Shown: positions 24,293-34,141 of the stretch, in pieces
How positions within the stretch are numbered: position 1 is the first letter of the stretch
Layout of the letters: each line of letters opens with the position of its first letter
Assembly: GCA_051453625.1 (NCBI GenBank)
Contig: JBOZIK010000001.1
Location: 3,959,370 to 3,993,510, forward strand
Direction of reading: 5' to 3'
Length of the DNA: 34,141 nt
From: Welwitschia mirabilis
Lineage: Eukaryota
The notes under the pieces: generated by a model
What the model saw: the letters and a program-made list of their open reading frames with translations, nothing else
Databases searched by the model: none
What the model was told of the DNA's origin: nothing
Program-made: the position numbers and the translations under genes

Positions 24293-25903
24293 TATTGACC
24301 TACCTTGTTTTGATGTGCTAAAATTGTGAAATTTAGTATTACATGTATGCATAACTCAAGGAAGAAGAAAGACCAAATAAGTGATTTGAAGATGTCCATA
24401 AAACCTAGAGATAGCTATGACATATGGAGACATCTACAAGAATTAAAAAATCAATAAGACATCAAGTGAGATTGCAAATTCAAGTGTTTAAATGGATGTC
24501 TTGTTTAGTATATTGTGTTTTATAAATGTGTATCAAGTGAAGATGTCTACTAGTTCTCTAAACATCTACATAGACTGAAGACATCTATAGAATCTAAAGA
24601 TGTCTATTAAGACTCAAGATACCTATAACACCTAAAGATGTCTACCAAGATTAAAGATATCTACATAGAATTAAGAATTTATTAGAATGTTAAGATATTG
24701 AAGATGTCTATACTTGGAGAAGAGTGAACATCACTTGAAGATGTCTACAACATTTGAAGATATATACAATGCATTATAGTTAAGGGAAAAAAAATCCATT
24801 GTAAGGGAATGAACCTACCTATTTGTACACTGTCTTAGCTATTTAGATGTCATCCAACCCATTTGTGAGGTACTATTTTGGAAAACTCACCTAAGGGATT
24901 AAACAATAAGAAGAAAAATAAAAACCAATAATAATAAAAAAATACAACACATGGAAACTAACTCAACAACTTTACAAATAGCTTTTGCAATAGAGTAGTG
25001 ATATATCTCTTTAGAGAAAGGGTTGATTACATACTTCACAAAAAAGATCCAAGCGATCAATAAGTAATAGATTAAATGAAGTACTTAGGATAATGCATGA
25101 TGTAAGTGATTTAAAGATAAAAAAAAAAATTCACCACTCTTGAAGTATAAACCCCACCAATACTATGTTATGATGAGAAGAACAAATCTAGTTAGTACTA
25201 TCATTTCATTTCTTATTTCTTATTAATAAGAAAGTTTTTCTTTATTGTAAATCTAATTTTCATATCATTGTCCTAGCATGTTATTTTCTATAATCCATTG
25301 TAATTTAGGAGTTAAAACTTTATTATCATAAAATCTTTGCTATTTCCATATTTCTTTGCTATTTTCATATTATCCTCTAAGAGGTTTGGTATTCTTAGTT
25401 CTTATAAGGATTCTAAAATTATATTATATTCTACATGATAATTTGATATGCTATTGACAGAGACACTTTAATTATAAACCTAGTGGTAATCCTAAAATCA
25501 TAGTGTATGAACCCTAATGGGTTGATTTAGCCATCGTGCGAGGGAAAACTCCAATATAATATGATTTTTAAGGTCAGTGATAAGCCTCAAACCATAATGG
25601 AACATTAATAAGTTAAGTTGGTTATCTTATAAGGAGTGACTATTTATCCTAAAGCCTTATATAGTTGGTGGTATATCATAAACCACAGATTTGAAGTTAA
25701 GTAATAAAACTTAAAGGTGTGAAAGATTTAACCCTTTCATTATGAATGATCTAGGTTGGGGAACTACATGAATTTAGTAAGAATTTTATTGTAAGTTATT
25801 ATTTTCTTATAAATAATTATTTTTTGCATATAAAATATTTAAGTTATATATTTTTTTTTGTGTTGAATCATTCATTTTTTCCCTTTGAGTTCAAGAACCC
25901 ACA
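24293..25903 (+). repeat. 5' LTR of element E
   Basis: Start TATTGACCTACCTTGTTTTGATG (decayed TGTTG...GTTTTGATG). End TCATTCATTTTTTCCCTTTGAGTTCAAGAACCCACA resembles element B's LTR end. The left boundary is approximate. Confidence 0.7.
24388..24768 (+). promoter_or_regulatory. Array of repeated palindromic motifs GAAGAYRTCTACA in the U3 of element E
   Basis: At least 12 copies, with ~19-bp periodicity between 24539 and 24665. Confidence 0.7.
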
Positions 25904-25916
25904 AGTGGTATTAGAA
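25904..25916 (+). other. Primer binding site of element E (tRNA-iMet type)
   Basis: AGTGGTATTAGAA, close to TGGTATCAGAG. Confidence 0.8.
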
Positions 25917-25959
25917 TGGATACATATGAAAAGACTTAAAAAGACTTAAGTAAACTATA

Positions 25960-28900
25960 ATGGAATGTTTCTTAAATACTAGACCTCATCTTTTTAATAG
26001 GATAAACTATGCCTACTAGAAGTGGAGGATGCAAGTTTACTTACAATTACTTAACTTTGAAGTGTAACAGATCATTAAATATAGATACATAATACCTATT
26101 AAAATCATCACAACTATTGATGTGAGTGTCTCTAAACTGAAATAAAGGAAAACCTAGAAAATTTATAAAATAAATCTTACATGTTTAATACTTAGGCAAA
26201 GATATGCTCTTTTAGCTGAGGAGTTTAATAAAGTAGGTATACATAGTAGAACAAAAGAAATTTGGATTATTATAAAAGAAAACATATGAAGGTATTTATA
26301 TTATCTAGTAATTAAATATGCTATTGATGATCACTAATTTGAAAACCTTAAAATGAATGAAGGTGAAATAATACACAAGTACTTTACTAGGGTGAGTAAC
26401 ATTATAAATGTCATCCATGATATTGGAGGATATCTACTTAAAGAAAAAATTATTTAAAAGGTTGTAAGATTACTTACACTAGTATATAGGCCAAAGATAA
26501 CTACCATGAAGAAAACACAATTTTTTTTGATTGTGAAGTTTAAGGAACTATAATATGCACTAATATCTTATGAGATGGACCTTATAAGATATGGAGTTAT
26601 TAGATAAAATCCCATGATCTTAAATCTAGTAATACTTAAAGGCATGTTAGTAAAGGAAAATCTATAGCCATCTCAAATGATAAGTCATAGATAATTATGA
26701 AGATGAGCTAGAACTAATATTCAAGTGAGGAAAATGTCTTCTATCTAGTGGATATTACTAAAATAAAAGAATAACCAAGACCATTAGGCCCACAAGGCAA
26801 AGGGAAGAACAAAGGTAAAAGTCTTTAATTTTCTAAAAGTGATTTTTATAAATTATAATATTGGATTTATGGGAGTAGAGGCCACCTTACCTTGGAATTC
26901 CAAAGAACTAATAAAATGTAAGTAAAGATTTAAAAGAGATATAATAGGATAAAATAAGGCCTTCTACATTGTTTGGAATGATAATAAAGAAGTCACTAAG
27001 GAGAATGTTTTAGATGATAAAAGAAATACTTATCTATCATTCATGAAAATTACTCATGATAACACCATTACCAAAGACATGAACTTATAGACCTATGACA
27101 AGCTTCATGATTCAAATGATGAAGAAGATAAAATTAGTCTTCAATGAAGGCATGACATACTTATAGATAAATTTATTAATATTTAAAACTTATGCACCAA
27201 AATGAAAAAGGTATCTCAAAATCATGAGTTATCTTATTAACAATAAAAGAGGTATTGTTTCAATATAATAAGTAAGATTATTTCTCTTAAGGATAAGATT
27301 AATAAACTAACAATTGATTTGAAGAAAGAAATAGGAACTATAGAATGCTAGATATATTAATTAGGGATTTATCCAAGGTAAGAGGACACTAAATATCATG
27401 CTTGTTAAAGGCACAATACCTAATGATAGAAGTGGTCTAGATAAGAGCAAATCTTCAACAAGCCAACTTTAAGATAACAATTAGAACCTCTTCATAAATT
27501 GAAAATAAAGGATAAGATATGGACATTTAATACATGAAAATAATATTATGTATTTTTATTGCCATACAAAGGGACAATATAAATATTATTACCCTTTACT
27601 TCACAATAAATCTTATCATATTAACCATGGTCAAAAGAGAAAGAGATGGTTTAAAAAATTTGTATTAGCAAATAACATGAAAACCTAGGGGCCAAAGAAA
27701 AAAAACAAAGCTCTTCTTACTTAGATAGCACTGTGACCTAGAAGAAATAAAGTCTAGTATGTAGACAATGAATTCTCTAGATAAATGATAAGAGAAAAAC
27801 ACTATTCAATAGTGTATTTAAGCAAGATCATAGTGTTGCATCATTTAAAAACAACATAGAAGCATTGATTAGAGCTGTAGGCATAATTAAATAAGTTAAC
27901 CTCCTAGAGGAAAAGAATGTTTTCTATGTGGATGGATTATAACATAACTTACTATGAGTAATTTAATTGTGTAATTTCAATTTAGATGTAACATTTTTAA
28001 AGGATAACTATATTGTAAAAGATCAATTTTCTAGTAAAATATTATTTACTAGCAAAGAAAGGCCAATCTATACATTACCTTTCTTAGTAATAATATGAAA
28101 AAAAATTTGAAGTGCTTCATTAGTACTACAGATGATGTAAAGACTTGGCCTAAGAAGCATTTACATGTGATAATGAAATTAATGCAAACCTTATTTACTA
28201 AATAACTAGAAAGGAGACTTTTCAAACTCAAGAGTTTTGATAAATAGTTTTGTGATTATTGTTAAAAAGAAAAGTAGAAAATGGTAAGATTTGGTAAGGA
28301 AAAAACAATTTATATTTCTTATTCATTAGACTAATTACATCTTGATGTAGCAAGGCCTTCACAAATAGAGAGTATATGGAGAAAAATGTATTATATACTT
28401 GCTCTTAATAATCTATCTAAACTTACATGGATAGCCTTTGTTGGATATACGGATCAAACATTTGACAGTATTACTAATTTATGTATCACATTACAAAATG
28501 AAAAGGAATATCATTAGAAGGCTATCATAAGTAATAATGGTAGGGAATCTAAAAATTCACCTTTTAGAAAGTTCTATAAGAAACACAAAATTTATTATCA
28601 ATTCTCTACATAAAGATACAACAAAATAATGGAGTAGCATAATGGAAGAATAGGCAGTTAAATAAGATGATAAGAAAAATGATGCATTATCAAAAGGTAG
28701 TTTATAACTCTTGAGAAAAAGCATTAAATAGTACATGTTGTGTATTAAATTAGGTACTTTTAATAATTTTTATAGATAAAACATATTATGAATTATGGTA
28801 TGGTAAGAAACCTTCTATGAAGTATTTTCATATTTTTGGATTAAAATTCTTATATTAAATAAAAAGGACTAGTTGAAGAAATCTAATGCCAAGGCCAATG

Positions 28901-29200
28901 AAGGTACATTCCTTAGTTATTATATAGTTAGCAATAAACATAGAGTGTTTAACAAACACACACTAATTGTAGAAGAAACCATGAATGTAAGAATTGATAA
29001 TAGTTATTGGCAAAATTATTCTCATGCATAGGATGATGAAGAAAATAATGTAGTCCAAAATAGAAGCTTAAATTAGATAATGATATAAATTATAATGATG
29101 GGTAGATCCTATTGAAACCTTAAATGATGAAAAGGCTAAAAACAACATACTCTCCAAGTGATACCATTGAAATCACATAAAGTAAAGTAAAGACTAAATG
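25960..29200 (+). pseudogene. gag-pol: Element E gag-protease-integrase pseudogene
   Basis: MECFLNTRPHLFNRINYAY*KWRMQ; *YVDNEFSR*M (protease); VDGL*HNLL; LHLDV; SNNGRE; QNNGVA*WKNR; YELWYGKKPSMKYFHIFG; KANEGTFLSY; VEETMNV. Confidence 0.88.
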
Positions 29201-29309
29201 ATTCCTAAAAGAAGTCTACTGCTACACAAAGATATTCTAGTTGGAAATTGGTAAATATCATAGCAAAGAAAACTATAGGATTTAAAATAAAAAGAAAATC
29301 ACAAATATA

Positions 29310-29875
29310 ATTATTATTTGAGGATATGGGATTGTAGAAACTAGTGGATATGACTTAGAGAATCGTAGAAGAGATGGTTAGAGAGTTCTAGTATAAGATA
29401 CATGACATTGACAAAGAAGAATGAACCTTTTCAACATAAGTGAGTATATGATTTCTTTAAAATTTCTGAATTTTTTCTCAACATACATGCCTATAATGCC
29501 TTAAAAGAATTTTTTATCATCATTTAAAATTATTTTGATCATTAAAAAAGCTAAAGTCATAAGGAAAAATCTTACCACTTATATTTCTAAAAAGCTACAT
29601 GTGACTTTAGTGAAAATTATAAAAAGAAAAGACATGGTCTCAGATGCTTTGATATTAAGCTTTATTATTTTCTATAATATTTTGATTAGATAAGGATATT
29701 ATAGTTATTATACATTAATGTAGACATTTGTATTATATTATTTATTATCTATTATTCAAATAGATGTTGACTATGTCATTTGTGTAGATATGATCCCATA
29801 ATTTAATCATGCCTTATAATTTGAACACCCATTTTTGATTAATATGTTTATTTCTAATGCTAGAATTACTATACC
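29310..29875 (+). pseudogene. Env-like / extra 3' ORF relic of element E (plant retroelement 'VREFY' family)
   Basis: LFEDMGL*KLVDMT*RIVEEMVREF*Y and YNILIR*GYYS...FVLYYLLSIIQIDVDYVICVDM...HPFLINMFISNARI resemble the GW...LVREFY...NIxPR.GH...LPYPxLIT pattern of Sirevirus/Athila env-like proteins. Confidence 0.55.
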
Positions 29876-30531
29876 CTTATACAATTTAATTAGATAAAAA
29901 AAGTCCTTTTCTAACTTTAGTGAGAAATAAAGAACACAAAAGAAAAAAGTAAAGGTATAAGCTCATGAACACCAGCTTTGAAAATATCTATATCAATGGG
30001 AAAACAAATATATCTATCAATAAAAAAATAAATTAAAAAAATAGAAAAGGTAATGGATAATTTTAATAAAAACTCTTATAGCTAAAAAAGTGAAAAGAAA
30101 TATATGCCAACGGGGCAATCAATGAGGAAAGGAGCCCCTATTAGAATTGAAGGAAATGAGTACGCTAGTTTAGACAGAGAGTAATGAGTAATAGAATAGT
30201 GACAATGGCATAGAAGAATGGCCTTCTAAGGATATAGGGTATGATTTAAGATGTTAAGAAGGTTCTCTACATGTAAAAAGATACATCATTAAGGGAATAT
30301 TTAAGAGGTGGTTGAGCAATCATCTAATGAATTAGAGATATAATTCAAAGTAACTTATACTCTAAATTGAGAACATAAAGATAGGAACAACAATTACTAG
30401 TGAATTCATATCCATACATCCCTCTAATACTAGTGAATTTATCATAAGGGTATTTAGAGTTTATCCAAGAAGTAACTTCCAATTTGTTTGGTGCATCTAT
30501 CACTTAAAAAACAAACTTCTAGATAAGACAA

Positions 30532-32493
30532 TGTTGCAGTGCATATTTATGCAATGTTTACATCTTGAGCTGAATCTTGTTAATCATAATTAATATGCAT
30601 AAACACAACACATTAGTATAGACAGGAATGATCCAAATGTCATAATTCTATCAAAGGCCAAAGTATGAAAATAAAAGAGACACTTTTAAGATAAAAATTA
30701 TGTAACCCTATGATACTAAAATAAATTGCAATGAATGAAATTGAAATAAAAAATTCTTATGCAAAACTAATCTAGGAAAGGAAATAACAATGCACCTAAA
30801 CTAATTAAGCTTAATCTTAACAAAGGCTGCCCTCATAATCTATATCAGAAAAGAAGCTTATCACTGAATCTCAAATAACGTAACTATGAGGGAGAAGATC
30901 CTACATGTATTGAACATAAAAGAAAATATTTTATTATTAAAAATGCTATCACATCTGCATTACAAAGTATCTATTTCTCAATGTAGGAAATGCCATCCAA
31001 CACCAAGGGAACGTCTCTCTGCAATTACAGAATGGTTCTATGATCTCAAGATCTCTTGTTATGAGTATATCAGGTACTGTCGAAGATAATTAGGGATTAA
31101 GGGGAATACCTTTATTTATAGATAGAAAAGGAAGGGAAACTGATAAAAGAGTATGGGAAAAACCCTAGCTAACATGCAAAGAAAAGTCGCAATAAAGTGG
31201 TGATAACTTAGGTGAACATTTAGTGAAAGTATTAGAAAATAGTATCATCCTTTTGATCATCCGAATGATATAGCAGATGATGCTGACTGATAATTAGAAG
31301 TCCTCATCTCCTATATCATCTGAATGACCAAAAGAATGACACTATTTTCTAATACTTTCATCAAATGTTTACCTAACTTATCGCCATTTTATTGTAACTT
31401 TTCTTTGCATGTTAGCTAAAATTTTTCCTGTACTCTTTTATCAGTTTTCCTTCCTTTTATGTTTATAAATAAAGGTCTTTTACTTAATCCCTAATCATCT
31501 TCGATAGTACCTGATCCACTCATGACAAGAGATCTTGAGACTAGAGAATTATTCTGTAATTGTATAGAGACCTTCCCGTGGTGTTGGATGGCATTTCTAC
31601 TTTGAAAAATGGCTACTNNNNNNNNNNNNNNNNNNNNNNNNNNNNNNNNNNNNNNNNNNNNNNNNNNNNNNNNNNNNNNNNNNNNNNNNNNNNNNNNNNN
31701 NNNNNNNNNNNNNNNNNNNNNNNNNNNNNNNNNNNNNNNNNNNNNNNNNNNNNNNNNNNNNNNNNNNNNNNNNNNNNNNNNNNNNNNNNNNNNNNNNNNN
31801 NNNNNNNNNNNNNNNNNNNNNNNNNNNNNNNNNNNNNNNNNNNNNNNNNNNNNNNNNNNNNNNNNNNNNNNNNNNNNNNNNNNNNNNNNNNNNNNNNNNN
31901 NNNNNNNNNNNNNNNNNNNNNNNNNNNNNNNNNNNNNNNNNNNNNNNNNNNNNNNNNNNNNNNNNNNNNNNNNNNNNNNNNNNNNNNNNNNNNNNNNNNN
32001 NNNNNNNNNNNNNNNNNNNNNNNNNNNNNNNNNNNNNNNNNNNNNNNNNNNNNNNNNNNNNNNNNNNNNNNNNNNNNNNNNNNNNNNNNNNNNNNNNNNN
32101 NNNNNNNNNNNNNNNNNNNNNNNNNNNNNNNNNNNNNNNNNNNNNNNNNNNNNNNNNNNNNNNNNNNNNNNNNNNNNNNNNNNNNNNNNNNNNNNNNNNN
32201 NNNNNNNNNNNNNNNNNNNNNNNNNNNNNNNNNNNNNNNNNNNNNNNNNNNNNNNNNNNNNNNNNNNNNNNNNNNNNNNNNNNNNNNNNNNNNNNNNNNN
32301 NNNNNNNNNNNNNNNNNNNNNNNNNNNNNNNNNNNNNNNNNNNNNNNNNNNNNNNNTCATACTTTGGCCTTCAACAAAATTAAGACATTTGAATCACTCT
32401 CGTCTATACTAGTATGTTGTGTTTGTGCATATTAATTATGATTAATAAGATTCATCTCAAGATGTAAACATTGCATAAATACGCACTGCAACA
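30532..32493. repeat. Fold-back (fully inverted-repeat) LTR, symmetry centre at 31293/31294
   Basis: 30967-31293 is the reverse complement of 31294-31617, and 30532-30668 is the reverse complement of 32357-32493. The centre is GACTGA-TAATTA-GAAGTC. A 739-N gap (31618-32356) hides part of the right arm. Confidence 0.9.
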
Positions 32494-32517
32494 TCTTGGT
32501 GCCATTTCCGAGGAAGG
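32494..32517 (+). other. Primer binding site of element F (tRNA-Asp type)
   Basis: TCTTGGTGCCATTTCCGAGGAAGG, close to TGGCGCCGTTGCCGGGGA. Confidence 0.8.
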
Positions 32518-32799
32518 CTGCTTGGAATTTTAGAGTTATTATTGCTTCAATGAATATTCCAAATATTTACTGTAGTAGTAATATACTAGTACCTACTATA
32601 AGTTTTTTATTTTGATTTTTTTATACTAACCTCTAATGTCCCATTCATCATCCATATGTCATAGTTAGACGACTGTTTCATTTTCTACTTTCTCTCTTTC
32701 TGTGGTTTTCTATATTTCTATCGTCTAGGTTATCATTTGAATGACATGCAGGATGACACCTTCTTAGACCTAAGATTTAATGATTAAAATTAGAAAAAA

Positions 32800-34141
32800 G
32801 GGAAAAATATCAAAGAGAGCGATACTTGATTGCTAAAAACATTAGAGAAGGTTTGATAGATTTGAAATAGAAACAAATCAAAACAGTGAAGATATTCTAT
32901 AGAGTTTGATTTTGCTACCAAGTTAACCTTTATCCAAAAGCTTAAATAACCTATCTCTCCAAATCCATCTTCTGTCATTAGAACCATTACTTTTACTCCT
33001 TCTCAACCTAATACTCATGCTACTTTGAGAGATCTTTTCACAACCAAAAAACATGAAATCTAAAATCCTTTTGACTTACCTCCTGGTGATGAGTAGAACT
33101 TTGAAACTTGAGTGCTTATCCTATCTTTAGTGGAGATCTTGATGAAGATCCTCTACAATACATCATGAAATTAAACAACTTATCCTCATGTTTGGAAATG
33201 GTAAAAAATGAATTAAGTAATAGAACCTACATGGTTATCTTTCCTATCACCTTGAGAGACAAAGTAAAACTTTGACTTAGAACGATTCCTCATAAGAGCC
33301 TAAAATATTGGAGTCAAGTTTAAGAAGCCTTTATCAAGAGATTCCTGAATGAAACCACCATCTAGAAGTGTAAGAAAGAAGTTACAAACTTCCAACAATT
33401 ACCTAATGAAGACTATGCCTCTACCTATGAGCGATTATTTGTTGCTTTACATTTAAACCCCGTAAATGCCTTTTCCGAGATAGAATTAATTGACTATTTC
33501 TATAGTGGATTGAACAGTCATATCAAGCAACTTGTAGATTTCTCTTGTAAAGGCAATCTCTTAAACCAAACTTTAGGAGATGCTTGAAAGGAGTTGAAAG
33601 ATTTAGTGGAAGTAAGTCAAACTTACCCTAAACCCTTCTTTAGAGAAATCCAAACCATAGGCCAAATCATTAAAGACTTAAAAGAATTTAAACATGAGAA
33701 TATTGAAATCAAAATAGAAAATAAACCAACTAGCGTCATCACAAATTTTACATCTACCTTAGAAAAATATACCCAAATGATTCTTGATGCTAAAGTGATA
33801 ACTGAGAAGAGTGAAGTTATTGTTCCAACATGTAATTTGTGTGAAGATAGTTATTATATCATCAAAGATTACCCTTTACTTTCTACTTACAAAGAGAGGA
33901 TCTATGAGGAAGTTTGTACCTTTAACCAAAGACCTTTTAACTACATGCAAAACCATAACCAAAGACAAGTTCAAAATCACAATTTTCAAAATAGGATGAG
34001 TGAGCAACCAAATTCTAGAAACTTCCAAACACCTCGTCCTAACTTCTAGCCTTTTAAAAGTCGATTTGAACATCCAAATTTTCAATTCAACCATCCAACT
34101 AATTTGGCAAGCTCTTCCAACTCCTAAAACCATAGTGATTC
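32800..34141 (+). pseudogene. gag: Element F gag pseudogene
   Basis: TLRDLF...PFDLPPGD; IFPITLRDKVKL*LRTIPHKSLKYWSQV*EAFIKRF; FQQLPNEDYASTYERL; FYSGLN; decayed Cys motif CNLCEDSYYIIKDYP followed by a Q/N-rich tract (ORF 33594-34049). The start is approximate. Confidence 0.85.

Larger units (their letters stand above)
24293..30531 (+). mobile_element. Element E: Sirevirus-like Ty1/copia retrotransposon (5' LTR, gag-PR-INT, env-like ORF), interrupted by element F
   Basis: LTR 24293-25903, tRNA-iMet PBS, recognisable gag, protease and integrase motifs, and an env-like region. Confidence 0.8.
30532..34141 (+). mobile_element. Element F: Athila-like Ty3/gypsy retrotransposon with a palindromic 5' LTR; continues beyond the window
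   Basis: LTR 30532-32493, PBS 32494-32517, 5' UTR and gag. Its U5 and gag are homologous to those of elements A and C. Confidence 0.85.

Noticed and set aside
24539-24768. Regularly spaced repeats resembling a CRISPR array
   Set aside because: 13-bp motifs with ~6-bp spacers inside a eukaryotic LTR; no cas genes.
24830-25065. Possible extra insertion within E's LTR
   Set aside because: No termini or TSD could be identified by eye.
31491-32435. Long ORFs of 267-291 aa (and others spanning N runs)
   Set aside because: Open only because they read through assembly gaps.

Overview
AT-rich eukaryotic (land-plant-like) DNA from a gapped scaffold. It is made almost entirely of nested, heavily C>T/G>A-decayed LTR retrotransposons. 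I see no host gene, RNA gene or CRISPR array. The oldest layer is a Ty1/copia relic D (22025-24292, minus). It is interrupted by two Sirevirus-like copia elements: B (633-22024, minus) and E (24293-30531, plus; it appears to lack RT/RNase H and runs into an env-like ORF). B carries three insertions: a Tekay/Del-like LTR (1-632), a non-autonomous Athila-like element A (1106-8711, minus) and an Athila-like element C (11210-20858, perfect ATGAT TSD). C itself appears to contain a second family member C' (13546-17906). E is interrupted by Athila-like element F (30532 to window end). The most unusual feature is F's 5' LTR (30532-32493), a spacer-less fold-back palindrome centred at 31293/31294: the normal U3 is replaced by an inverted, diverged copy of the TATA-R-U5 half. 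Second, elements A and C' share the family's LTR/UTR shell but carry a conserved acidic ORF that I do not recognise, in place of gag-pol. All alignments were done by eye; family names rest on recognised motifs, not database searches.
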